Assembly: GCA_020536535.1 (NCBI GenBank)
Contig: JAHLWZ010000417.1
Coordinates: forward strand, 1 to 64,000
Direction: 5' to 3'
Source of the DNA: Pelomyxa schiedti
Taxonomy: Eukaryota > Protista > Evosea
DNA length: 64,000 nt
Shown here one piece after another: positions 23,314-36,800 of this stretch (position 1 is the stretch's first letter; every line of letters begins with the position of its first letter). Below the pieces are notes generated by a model. The model was given only the letters and a program-made list of their open reading frames with translations. It did not search any database and was not told the origin of the DNA. The position numbers and the translations under genes are program-made.

Positions 23314-26300
23314 AATGCCAATGTGTCATTAACTTGAACGCCAAAAACAACATAAAAAACAAAAAAAAATCGCTACTACACACAGGGAGTGCCTTTGCTC
23401 TGATTGTGGCTGTGCTTGTGTCTTTTGCTCAAATCCAGATCTCCACTTGCCAGGAGGAATGCACTCTCGACGACTACATACCAGCGTACACTGAGTGTAG
23501 GGGTGATAACACTCGAGATTTGTTGTATTACAAGGACCCTAATTCACAGTGCCAAGGCGGTGTAGAGCAGCCTGCAAACGTATTTAATTTACCTTGCGGT
23601 AATGTGACTTTTTTTTTTTTTTTTTAACTCAAAAAAACAAAATTCAAAGATATTTCTTGCTCTAGTGGCTACTACCTCCCATATGGGGCTCTCTCTTGTT
23701 CTCCTTGTGGTCCAGGTTTTTCTTTTCTTTCTTTCTGTTTTTGGAACAAGCCTTATGCCAGGATACTTCTCAATTGGTGGGGGAACCCGGGTAATGGATT
23801 GGGCTGGATTCCCATCCACTGGACCAGCTTCTAACCGCTTGTATTTCAACACATATGCTTTGACAAGCGCTGGGGCACAAATAACAACGGGACGGTGGCA
23901 GCTTGGTGCAAATTCTACCCTCTACATCACCTCAGGCCCAATTGGAAATTCACAATCCAGTGTACTGGAGCTTACCGTGAATGTATGTCTTCCCTATCTT
24001 TACCTTGAGGGCTGACCTTCCACCCCTTTGCGAAGTTACTTGTTAAAGGCTTAATTGGCTTCATGTATAAAGTTGATGCAGAGCCAAATTATGACGGACT
24101 GGAATTCTTAATTGATGGGACAATTGCCCTTACGAAGGCATGTGCATTGCAGATTGATTATCTTACTCATTGTCTTAGAAATGGACAGTTTTAGAATACA
24201 CAACTGTGGCTTACAATTTGACAAATGGAGTTCACACACTAAAATGGGTTTATTCTAAAGATGGCTCACAGGCTAATGGTGCTGACGCAGCATTTCTTAA
24301 AGTCGGCTCTGCATTTTCTTTTCAACCTAACAGGTGTGACATTTATGCAGTTCGTGGAAGTCCATGGTCTAGATTATGCAGACGATGTATGCACTGCATG
24401 CTCCCCAGGAACCTACAACCCTCTGGAAACACAAAGGCGGTGTTTTCTGTGCCCAAGAAACACTTTCTCCAATAGTTCTCACAGCACTTCATGCACTTCT
24501 TGTGGTGGTACCTACTATTCACTTGAGGGTTCTTCACAGTGCTCCCCAAGAACAAGTAGTATTCCTCATATTAGCCTTCCTCACCCTCTTCTACTCCCCA
24601 CTTTAGATTGTACCACTTCTGATTATGAGTCCTACTACACACCCTGCGAGTTGCGAGATGGGCAGCCAGTTCGAGATCTAGTGAGCACCATTTCATATTT
24701 AATTTTATTTTTTCCCTTTTTATTTTTTTTTAAAAAAAAAAAAGAAATACAGATGGGTAAACTCCACCTTTTGTAATTTCCGTGAGTCAAGCCTTCCAGT
24801 TGATAGCCTTAATCTTCCATGCGGTAAACTCTTGTTGAAAACTCTGCAAAACCAAGTCAACATAATCTAGGGGCTTGCAACAGTGGTCAGTATCGTCCCT
24901 CTGGTGATTACAGGTGCCTCTGGTGCCCTGTAGGCACAGCTGCACTTGCCAACTCGACTTCCTGCCCTCCTTGTGGTGAGGGAACTGCAGCTGTACCTGG
25001 ATTGTTTTACAACAATTGGCATGAATGGGTTTACCTACCTGGCTTTTCCACAACATGCACTGGCTCATGTGGAACAACGTATACAACAATTTGAAACCTT
25101 TCCACTAACTTCACACTACCAGGGGATGGTTACTAGCTGGCTCCTATATTTATTCAGGTACAGGTCATGGTCGCTATGTAACTTCTACACTTATCCTTAA
25201 AACTCAGGCATGCACTAAATTTTCGATAACAAACTAACTCCACCACCCAGCAATTGCAACGTGGGTATCTCTCTTTCACTTTTGGTTACTCTTGCCGATC
25301 CCCATACCAATGTCAACTGCAGTTTATTGACGAATCACGATCATCGTCAACCTTGTATTACTTCAGTCCTGCGTATGTGCTCTTAAAAATACTGCTACAA
25401 AGTGACCCAAAGCATAAAAATAACTTTTCTTATGGTAGAACCCAAAACTACTTGTGTGAAGTTGGAAACCATACATTTAAGTTCGTCTTCTCTAAAACGA
25501 GTTCTGGGCTTGTAAACACACCCACTGATTACATTAAAATTTCGGTTTCTCTCTCCCAATCAAGTTCCTACTGACTTCATACCAGAGTATCTCACTCACA
25601 GGTGGTGTTACTTTGGCCTATGAAGGGGGCGCTAAACAGTGCACAACCTGCACTGCTGGGACATACAGCCCAGGGGGTATCCAGTTTTGTCAAAACTGCA
25701 GTGCAGGATATTCGAGGTAAACTGAGGTCTAGCACTAACCACTTCTCAATCTTGCAGCCCCGCTGCAGCATCACAGTGTGAACCCTGCCCTGAAGGAACT
25801 TTCAACCCGGAAGTTGCTGGTGCATGTTTGGCTTGTGGTGGGGGGACGACAGCTCCTGCGGGCTCCACTGCTTGTGTGAACAACTGTACATTTTCTCCTG
25901 ATGGCGGAGTTACAATGTTCGATCTTAACGGCCTGAAAAGGTAGTCTAAGAACCAAAATCACACACTCAACATTTTAGAACTGGTGATATGTATGGACCC
26001 ATCTACGACCAGTATGTACACGGGAGTTTCCTTTTTTTGCTCAGGGGGGTGCAGGCTGAAGATGAGCTACTATACCAATGTTTGTTCCCTTCAGCACAGT
26101 AACCGCAGCTGCTATGACCGATATGGTGTTCCAATTCTCGGATATGCTTGCCAAGTTGGCAGTGCCCACTTCCTTATCTTTTTTGTGAAATTGGTAGGTA
26201 ACCAATCTTTGTGACAATGCTGGGCATTGCATTGGCATGAATCTTGGTGATGTGATTGGGTTCTATGCAGGCGAACAACCAACAGGTTCTTTTTACAAAT

Positions 26301-29300
26301 CATCCTTCCAGAATAACAAAACTAGAGAGCTTGGTTATTTCCTATACACATGGAACCCCAGGATGCGGCGGTGTGGCCAGGTCTCTGAATATTACGTTCA
26401 AATGTACTCCTGGCAGTGGTATTGGGTATCCCACACCACCCCCAATCAATACCATTGAGGGTCCGCCATGCAAGTACAATCTCGTCTGGGAGACTGAGTA
26501 TGGGGTATGACCCAGATCTTTGTACCAAGTTATGACTGTACTGTAGTGCCCTATTTGCTCGTCTGCCCATTATACCTATTACCTTACCACATGTGAGAAT
26601 AATCAACGTCAGAAAGTTTACTTTTGGCTGGAAAACCCGAAACGGTGCCATGATGGGGTAGCTCTCCCTGCAACAGAAACAATCTTTGTGAATTGCTGTA
26701 TGCACTCTTAAACTTGTCTGAGACTAACAACGTCCTATCAGCTTCTACCACTATATGTTCCCCTGGTAGTTATGCTCTTGATACTGGAGAGTGTGCACAA
26801 TGTGAGCCAGGGACATACAGTGTTGGTTCTGGAAATACTTACTTCGAGTTTATGAGTGTACCTTCAGACTTCACTACATCTTGTATAGGCACCAACTGCA
26901 AGGGTTCGTATAGAGTGGCAATTTACCTGTCCATTTGACTTTCTTAGGGTTTGTGGCACAAGGAGGTCTTCTTGTTTCAACTGCCGGAACGTCGATAATG
27001 GAATTAACCACTCAGTTTTTGATTCAGGGATCTGTCACATTTGCTTACCAAGTATTGGCAAATGGCTTAGAGGTCAACGCCCCACTCACTGGTCCCTGTG
27101 GTGTTGACTGTAACTTGCACCTAGGAAGGAGAAGGCTCTGGCATTTTTGAATTTTCAATTGATCAACAAACTGTTTTATCTGTCAAACAGACAATATTTG
27201 ATTACAGAGACTTCACTGCTGTAGTGGCGGTTTGCCCCCATATTCTTCTCTTGTGTCGATTTATTTCACCTCAGGTCGGTCCCCACATCCTCTCATGGAA
27301 GTTCACTGGTGGAGCTACACCTTCTCTTAAGTACGGTTTAATTTTATAATCATATGTACTAAAGGGTTCTCCCCAGTGATAATTCCTTCTCGTCCATGGC
27401 CATTTCCTCACTATCCATTATTGGAAATGAGTACTCACCTCTTGTGTGCACTCCGTGTCATTCTGGCGAATACCAGAGCTCAAAGGGGCAAACTGGTTGT
27501 AATGTTTGTTCTGCCAATACCTACGCCTCAGGGGGTGCTGCAGAATGCCTGTAAGCTGGTTGGAATTTTAGATATATTTAACATTTCCGCAGCCCTTGTG
27601 AGGATGACATGTACAGCTTCCCCGATTCGGCCACATGCGAGCCAAAATCCATCTGTAATCAAACAGATTATCAAGCATACTTCACTACCTGCAGTGTGAC
27701 GACTGGAACCAGAACCAAATATTGGGTTCCTCTTGAACCAGCAACTTGTGTATGACTTCCCTGCTATGTACAGTGAGAACCGACTGCTAATAGGTTGATG
27801 GTTATGTCCCTCCGGCACCTCAAACTGGGCTTGTCTGTGCCGACTGTCAAGAGGGCATGTTTCGCCCTCAAGGTCAATCGGAATGTGTGGGGTGCTCTTC
27901 TGGGACATACTATGATGGTGAGTTCCCTGTCACACAGGTTTCCGCCCTGTGACTTATTAGCAAGGTTCTTCATGTGTACCTGCCGAGGCCGGCTCCTTTA
28001 TATTGTATTCTAGAGACTACTTTTCAACCCAAGAACTGGAAGAAACCTTTCCCACTGGATGGAGTACAACATGTTACGGACACTGTGGCTCAAGGTTCGG
28101 CTCCCTTTTATTTGTTTACCTTCTCACCACTTCTTCTACAGTGGTTGGCAGGTGATGTCTGGTTATGTGTCTTCTGGGCGTCATTTGGCACAGTATTCTG
28201 TTATGTCAGTTCTCTCATATGTTGCAACGGTCAGTAAAGTTATTTCCCTATCGCTATGACATTTGTAGTTTGTTACAGATGGCGTGGTTTCCTTCTCATT
28301 TTCACGCGATTTTACCGATTCTACTCATGGTCTTCAGTTCTTTATCAACAACATTCGTATGGACCTACCAACAGGTCCTTTTTCCTTCCTTTCTTCTCTT
28401 TGGCTAAGTGGGCAAAAGACTCTTCTAGAGCAGTAGTTTCCTTCAGTGTACCTGCAGGAGGAGCTGAGCTTGATTGGGTCTATATTCAGAACCCATCTCA
28501 AACATCTGGACAGGTTTCGTTTTTGAGAAGTTGATAACGCAAACGGACTTCTTCCAGGTTTCCATTTCGGATGTATCAATTTCTGGTATATCATCTGGAT
28601 CATCTTCACTTGGGCAATGCCCAGCAGGAACCTATAGCGGCGGTTCAGCCATGGGTTGCACAGTGTGCCCACCAGGAGAATACTCTGCTGCTCCCAGTTC
28701 ACCAGAGGTTTTTTTTTCCTATATCTTCATCCCTCTCATCATCATGTAGTGCACGTTATGTGCTTCAAACTTTTATGCTTCTAATCCAGGCTCCACTTCT
28801 TGTGCACCATGCCCAACAGGAACCTACACACCCGATCCAGGAGCTTCTCAGTGCGACACCACTTGTATTTTTGTTGCTCGAGATGGCGAACACACATTCA
28901 CTTTCAATCTGACAGAATTGAAGTACTTTCCTATTCCTCTAACAGAGAGCGTGACCACAACAGGAAAACAGTTGGACCAGTTCTTTCTGAGGACAGCTCG
29001 ATGTATCTGATTAATATTTGTGATTTCAACATCTCCGGCAGTATCTGTGTTGATTCCACTGGATCGCCGCTTGCAACTCATGTATGTGGACGCGGTTTAG
29101 CTGACAATGTGGCACACGATTTTGGATCTTTATTAGAATTTTCTGCACTCACAGGGGGTTTCTTCGCCAGTCTTAATGAAATTTTACTCAAAAAACCCTA
29201 TACAGCTGAAGACAGTGGTTTCCAACTGACTTTCACGGGGGGTGACCGTGATGGATGTGATCAAACTCTTTCTGACAGAGAAACGTACACCACAAATTAA

Positions 29301-29873
29301 GTAGTAACTTACACTCACTTCATTACAAGTGTGATAAATTTTGCCTGCGATGTCAGTGAAGGAGAGGGAACACCCCGGTACATTTATTCACCAGTAAGTG
29401 ATGAATGTGCGGTGAGTTTTTACTGGCAAACTGTATACGCTTGCCCAGTTTGTGAGGATTCTGATTATTATGTGGTATGCCCTTTTCACACTGTTCTTCT
29501 CTGTATCTTACTGCGATGTGATCCGCCCCCAGTTTGAAACGGGATGTCAATCTGGAGAGAAACAAACACAATTGGTAAGGTCATCTGACTGCAATGGGCC
29601 AGACGTCATTCTTCTCGACGTTGAGAAATGCCGTATGCCATGGGAATAAAGCGGGGTGGGTGTCGCGTGACTCCTCTTAATTTTCTTTCGTTTCCAGGTG
29701 ACATTGCACTACCTCTGGGTGTCTTATTTGGAATAGGAGCCTTTGTCGTTGTCATGCTAGTAGTGATTGTCATCATTCTTGTGCGGCACAAGCAGATCAG
29801 GTCCCGCTATTTCCAACTTGTCAGTCAGAGCAACGCCGCTGGTGTGGATTTGACTGAGATCAACAAGACCTAA
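23314..29873 (+). CDS. ELAPOR/KIAA1324 (UPF0577)-like Cys-rich type I membrane protein with MRH-like domains; many exons, start approximate
   Basis: Signal-like hydrophobic segment; CTLDDYIPAYTEC; repeated CxxCxxGTY (GCC2/GCC3) units; FYWQTVYACPVC; C-terminal TM helix and short tail. Confidence 0.8.
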
Positions 29874-30058
29874 ACCTAGTTGCATACTACAATGGAATTC
29901 GCACGTGCATCTCTGTGTACTGAGGTTTTTGCCTCAAAAAAAAGAAGACAAAAGAATTCAAGGCTTTTCACCAACTTGGATAAAAGTGGGTGGAACTCTC
30001 CACACACAACATTTATTACTTACAAAATTTGCAAAGAGAGTGTGAGGTGTGGTGATTG

Positions 30059-31776
30059 TCAGAAGGCGGTGAAGGCGTGCAGTCTGTTGTGTACCTTTCT
30101 TGGCCTGGTTGTGGTGATTGGGTTTGGAATTGTGGGAAAGAGCGGGGATTTCCTAGAGTCCGAGGATTCCTGATTTGAATTCCAGAACGGCCGTATTCCG
30201 CAGAATACTGTGTTACTGAGAGCGGCATTGTGTCCGACTGTCTTCCCGGTAGTGTCCTCGTCACTGCCGAGTGTGGGGACTGGGGCGCGGGCAGAAGAAG
30301 GTGGCGAACACCAATTAGGGGTTGGCGAGTGAGGAGGAGAGGGCCGGCCGAAGACCTCCTGGCCTTGTTGAATGACTGATGTGGGTGTCTGATCTCGAGG
30401 AACTGATGGAAATTGTGGATTGGTGCGATTCAGAGGGGGTGAATTGGACTGCGATAATCGCTTGGGGTTGTCAAAAATGGAAACAAGCTGCACAAGAGAC
30501 AGCGATTGCGCGCCGTGGAATGACTTCTCAATTTCGAGGAGCTGGGTTGGAAATGGTAAGTGATTCATCTCTTAGAAAGAAGAGAATGGATGCTCACCTG
30601 GAATAGATATTCTATTGAGGGATAACTGAACGGAATCCGGTCATTCATAAAGTACGCAGAATCGCGAAGGGTGTACTTGCAAACAACAACCAAGTAAGCC
30701 AAAGCTACAACTATACATTGATTCCTGCCACTCTCGCAATAAACTACGGTCCCTCTCGCGGTACTTGCAAGCCTGTCATCAATATCTCTCTTTCCTTCTG
30801 TTGCACCACTGGAATTTGAATTCCCGTCAATGAAATCGAAGCACTCCGGCAAGACATCCCAAAGGTCAGTAGCCCTTGGCTTAATTCCGCACCTCATAGC
30901 CGCACATTCCTGATTCAGTGCACTCGGTAAGTTCAGGGATGGCGCCGATGTGAACCGCGTAGGAGATGAAAGTGCCGGGAGAGCTAGAGGTATTATCACA
31001 GATTCCTGCTGCTGCTGCTGAAACAGAGTAGGAGACTGATTCCGAGTGGTGCCGATGCTAATATTCTGCTTCTGTTCGGGCCTGTACAATTCCCTTCCCC
31101 AGGTGCCAGTATGAGGTCTCCACTTGTCATCCCCACGATGATTCAGCCTATGAGTTGCCGCAGAACTACTACTGCTAGTAGTAATACTTTCGCCTTGTGT
31201 AAAGTTGACATCATTTTCAACCAGCCGAACGCTGCTGCTGCTCCACTTGGGCACTTCTTCGAGATTTCTTCTGGGAACAGGGCTACTTTGTGGTCCGTAA
31301 TTGTGGGTGTCAACCAGAACAACCCTGTGAATTGTAGGGGATGACGATGTCGACGAAGAGCCTGAGACAGAGACCGAGTTGAGTGACAAATTCGGATTGG
31401 CGGAAGTGCCGGTTCCTGCGCAGCCAACAGTTCCGAACAAAGCGAGGAACCTGAGCCTGGACGATGACAGGTGACTACTCGAGGCAGCGCTCTTGTCCGA
31501 CAAGGCGGCGGCGTCGGCGGCGCTGCAGACGTGCAGGACGCCCGGGACTATCGTGGTGACCATGCCCCAGCAGCCCCCGCCGCCTCCAAGCTCATTATGG
31601 GAGGGGAACGACGTCATCCCATAATCAGGCCGCTGTGCTCTGTCGTCGGAGGCGTGGTGGCTGTGGTGTGTCCGGTGGCGATTGTTGTTGCTGCTGCTGT
31701 TGTTTGTAGTTTTGCAGCTGGTGATTCTGGTAGGGGATACAGCCGGGAGCTGGGCCTGTTGAGGCTGCTGCGCCAT
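30059..31776 (-). CDS. Dual-specificity phosphatase-like protein, probable pseudophosphatase
   Basis: IVPGVLHVC, LPECFDFID, VVYCESGRNQCIVVALAYL, YLFQ/LLEIEK. Confidence 0.75.
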
Positions 31777-32192
31777 GGATTTCTTGTTCGTTTGGTTTTT
31801 TCCTTGGTTGTTTTTTTTCTGTGCGTGTAAAAGGGGTTTGCAGAAGGGCACTACACTCGATGAGAAGGAAGATGTTTAAGGCCAGGGAAAAACGAGGCAC
31901 TGACCGGTTTTGGATGGAGGCTGAAGTTGAATTCCTCAGAAAGGAATCCTCTTACGTGATCTCCGTAAGCGAGAAGACCGGGAAATTGCCAGCAAATTCC
32001 ACAGCTTCTGGAGACCCCGAAGAAGTTATAATCAACTTGGGGTCCCCCTACAAGGCTTTTTCCTTGGAGTCCCGCCATTCTTCTGCTTTAATTGGCGAGC
32101 ACCCCGACTACTGCGACGTTCCGGCTCAAGCCCCTCAGGTCATTTGCAATCTGATGGCAACAATAAAGACCGTACAAAAAAAAAAAAAAAAC

Positions 32193-33695
32193 ATGCCATT
32201 CGTCGATGCCAACCTGGGTTCGGAAGCGAAGCTGGTGCGGGTTGCGTGGGACAGAGGGTGGGACCTGGTGATTTGCAACCACACAATTGTGGGAGCCGAC
32301 GCGGCCAAGCGCCTGTCGTCGGCGTCGTCGGCCTCGTCGCTCGTGGAGCCGATGATGGCCCCCGCGTTGCCCGCCGAAGCTTCGGTTCGAGAAGCGATCG
32401 AGTCTGCGGATCCGCAAACTGCGCTGAAACTGATGCCTGTCACCAAGAGGAGGGCTGTTCTGAGACGCCTCACTTTCGTTCTGAGTAATGAATCTCAGGT
32501 TTGCTTGCTCTAAAATTAGTGGCAAGCTAATATTCCTGGCTGCCAGGACTGCCTCCAAAATAACAACAGCCATAAAGCACTCCAATTCACCTAAACCTAC
32601 CTACAGTGTTGCTGTTGTGTTACCATTTTTTGTTTTGTGGTCTGTATCTAGTCTTGTGAATATGGTTTGACCTCTGGCAGATTGCTGCATTCAGGAAGGT
32701 CTCACAGGATCCATGTTGGGATGTTATTGCAGTTCTACCCACCACCATTGGAACTCTCTCGCTTTGCTGTAATACTCTTGAGGTTTCTTTTTTTTGGGGT
32801 TTGTCAAGTCCTCTTTTGACCTTCCATTTCCAGGTAGACATCATATCTCTTGATGCCAGCCAGAGATGGGTGGGACTTCGTGCAGCGGGTGTGCATGGTG
32901 CAATTGAAAGAGGAATCTACTTTGAGTTATGTACAGCACAAGCAATGACTTCACAAATGAACAGCCGGACTCTTGTAGCTAATGCCCTTGAATTGATGCT
33001 GGCCACGAAAAAAAAGAATGTACTGCTTTCTAGTGGTGCACGGGAGGTGCGTCAATTTTCCTGGTTACAACACTTTTTTACCTTTTGTTTCTCTCTTGAT
33101 TTCTAATATATAACTTGGTTGACAGGAACCTCACATTCACACACCCCGAGATATGATAAACCTTGGAGTTCTCTTTGGCCTCACTGAACAGCAGGCCAAG
33201 TATTCCATAACCCAGCTACCATTAATGGCACTTGCTCACTGCAAAATGAGAAAGCTACCTGTATCCCATGTACTGGGAATTCAACTCACTGGAACAATTG
33301 AGAAGTCAGAAAAATGTTGGCAACTACCGGAACCTGTCAATACAGTTCGCCAAAACAAACCAGCAGTCCGAGGTAACAGAACCGAAAGAACAGAAACCGG
33401 GTGGGGATGGAAGGGAGGAAGTGGAGGGTCCAAATTCAAGCTGGTGGGAATGCACAAGACCTGGACAAATAGGCTCGGCACCAACTGGAAAGAGAAGGGA
33501 GGCAGAGTGACCCAACTACCAAAGAGACTGAGAAAAAGAACTGCAATCCAAACTACCACAGCTAAAAAGACAACAAACACAACAACAAGCACAACAACAA
33601 GCACAAACACAACTACCGCAGGCAAAAAAGCAAGCAACACAACAAGCAAAAGCTCCCCTCATGCAAGAAACAAACAAACAAAACCTAAGGAATGA
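32193..33695 (+). CDS. RPP30: RNase P/MRP subunit p30
   Basis: RRLTFV, WDVIAVLP, VDIISLD, AIERGIYFELC, KNVLLSSGA, PRDMINLGVLFGL. Confidence 0.88.
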
Positions 33696-33822
33696 GCTTT
33701 GTCAATCACTGAAATCCGTAGTAATAAATAGAGCAAGTGTATTCCAAAAAGCCACAATAAAAGATATTGTGTGGCACATATTTCCTTGGTTTTTGAGACT
33801 AGAAATTACAATCAAATTGCAG

Positions 33823-36800
33823 TTAGTTCCCGGGTACTATCAGTCTGGTGTCTAAATCGGCGAGGCCAGTGACATCATCAACTTTAGCCTTTGTGAGTGT
33901 GTCAGGTATTTGCTTTGGCGGGGGTGGTGCCATGGCCTCAGGGGGCGGAGGTAGTTCATGGACAACAGAAAGGGTGATTGGTGATTGTGCGGGAAGGGAG
34001 ATAAGGACCGAGGCCGGACCTGGAGTGGTGGTGGAACTATGCAGTACCGGGAGTGGGGGTTCCGGTGCTGGTGCGGGAGGGGGATTCTGTGATCCCGGTG
34101 GCGGCAGAAGTGGTTTCGGTGTGGGTGAGGGGGAGTTGATGAGGGAGGTTTGAGGGGGAGTGGACAGCCGTTGTGGGAATGGACAGCCGTTGTGGGATGG
34201 GTGCGCGGGTGGAGGGAGGGGTGTGAATTATTACAGGAGGGGTTGGGGATGAGTAAATTACTGTGAGGTAGAGTGACGTTTGCGCTTGAAGTGGAATGGA
34301 TGTAGTTGTTGTTGACTGTATGCGGATGGTGGACTCGTGGCCAGAGGAAGAAGATGCCAAAAATGGGGATGTTTGTAAAAAGTGTTCATCTGTGGAGGCT
34401 TTGAGGGGTGAAGAAGCCTCCAATTGTTGGGCCAAAGAGCCTAATGGTGGCTCCTCTGTAAAACTGGGGGCTGAGATGCGGCTGAGTGCCAACTTCGAGT
34501 TGTCAGACTCGTCTTTGGGTCTAAATGATGGTGGTGAGGGAGCAGGTGGGAGAGGTGGTGGCGAAGGTGGGGGTGGCGGAGGCTCTGGGAGAGATTCTGG
34601 GAGTGGTAAAGGAAAGCTGTTAGTCTCCAGTTGACTTAATGTTTCTGGTGTATGCAGTATGGGAGAAGAACTGAGTGACACCTGTGAAGAGGGACGCGCA
34701 GGTGCATGAGTTGCTGGGATGCGGAGAGGCGCTGAGGGTGGTACTGGTGCATGTGCAGAGGGAGGGGTACGAAGCAAAGCAGGCTTGGGTTCGATTGGCG
34801 TGCAGACCACTGAAGGCTGGTACGTTGTGGGTGGCAAAAGAGGGGGTGGGACCGCTGTTTCTGAACCAGTACATGCTGCTGGGATGGGACTGGGCTGTAA
34901 AGATGCGGGCAAAAGGTTGTTTGACAGAGTTGATTCTTGAGGATGAGTGTCTTCAACCCTGGATGGTAAAAGAAGAACTTCCCCTGAGGGTTCTGGGGTG
35001 GCCTCCATTTTGTGAGTGGATGACCTGTCCTCAGTTGGTGAATTTACTGTGTTTGCGGGAAGTTCAGTTGTGGTTACATGTAGAACTTCAGTAGTGGGTT
35101 CCTGTTTGGGGGATAAAACAGGTGTTATTAGGGAAGGTTGTGCTATGGATACAGCTGAGCCGATTGGGATTGGTGGAGTGAGTGGGGCTTCTGTCCCTGA
35201 TGCAGTAGATTGCACGTTAACACTGGGGAGTGTTGGATCGCCTTCCTGTCGTGTCGGTCTTTCTAGTGAAGTAGAAATTTCAGATGGAGTGCTAAGCTGT
35301 GCTGATAATGGCTTCGCATGTGGCTGAGGTGTGTTAGAGAGAAGCCGCTCAGGCGGTGGTCGGGACGGCGCGGGAGGTGTTTTTAATAGTAAAGGGTGAG
35401 AACTTTGTGCACTATAAGGGATATGAGGCACTAGGGATATTGAAGGTGCTTGATTGCTTTTGGGGAGTTGAGAGAGGAGACTGGAGGTTCTTAACGTTGG
35501 AGGTAAGATCAAATGAGGGCGTAGTGGGGGCATTGTAAGAGGTAATGGAGGTGGTGTTGTTTTTAGTGGTTCGGTCGAGGGAACCCTACTGACAGTGATG
35601 TGGTTGGTTACATTACTTAAATCACCTATTGGTGCCTTGGGCGACGAATCTGGTGCCAGCACAATACAGGGACTTGAGGGAACATTTGAAGACTCGGACA
35701 AGGGAGAGAGCGTAGTGAGGGGGCTTCCTTGGGGAGACTCTGTTGATCCAGGATATTTTGTATCCAGTGGAGGTTTTGTGTTCGTTTCTTCACCTGAGGG
35801 AGTTGCTGGGACCTCTTGTTGAGAGTTGGGTACTACACTAAGAGGTTCCAACTCCTTTGCTGGGGAAGTGCTAAGCTTTGGGTCGGGGCTCAATGTACCA
35901 AGTTCACCTGCCAAACAATCAGATATATAAGGTATAAAAATATCAATACCACTAGGTGTACGACGTGCTTCCTGTGGGGGTGACACCTCTTTCACAATCA
36001 GGGCTTCAATTAGAGCAAGGGAAGTCTGGAAGGTTGTTAAAATGTAGGCCGGCTCACCAGAAATATCCTCTTCTCTCAGAAAGTGCTCGATATATTTAAA
36101 TGCTTGTTGAAAATAAGAAAGGCAAAGAATATTGGAAGTTGCGAACTTGTAAAAGGATGGTCCAGGTTGCCTTTTATCAGTACAAAAGAAATTATAGGTA
36201 AAAAGTCGTCTGCACCACTACATAGAGTCAGACAAAAGGGGTTGACTGTGGTTGGATACATGTTCAGCTGATCTGGGGGTAGCTGGTCCCCCCAGTGTTG
36301 TTCCACAGTACCCACAATATGAGCACCCACCTTGACAAGGCAGTTCAGTTTCAGCCATGGTGTAGTTAGTGTGTCTAATTTTTTAATCTCTAACTAGAGT
36401 TAGCATTACTCGTAACAATGGTGGGGGTACGTACCATTTATAGAGTCTTTGTAGGGGGTGTAATTGGCAGAGCCTTCCTGGGCCTAAAAGGGAGGTTACC
36501 GAAATCAGAACAAGCACAGGACATTTACCAGTAGAAATGGTGAGGGAGTACTCAGGCAAAAACGGCGTGATATCCCAAGGGATTGGGTGGTAATATCTTG
36601 AAGCTTGGAACAGCCAGCCTTGAAGTCTTCATCTTCTGTATGAAACTACTTTGTTTTTAAGATCGAAAACGATGGGTAGGGAGTGTCACCTTCTTACAAT
36701 ATCTACCCCATAAGCTCTTATAGTTTAGATCAAAAACAACTTCCCACAAAGCTCTTTCTATCCACACATCCAGCTCAAAGAGATCGGAATACCATTTGTC

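Noticed and set aside
36742-36749. Other TCCCACAA matches (also near 1031, 16711 and 34171 on the - strand)
   Set aside because: They lie inside coding genes, lack the TTT extension and have no hairpin at +64.
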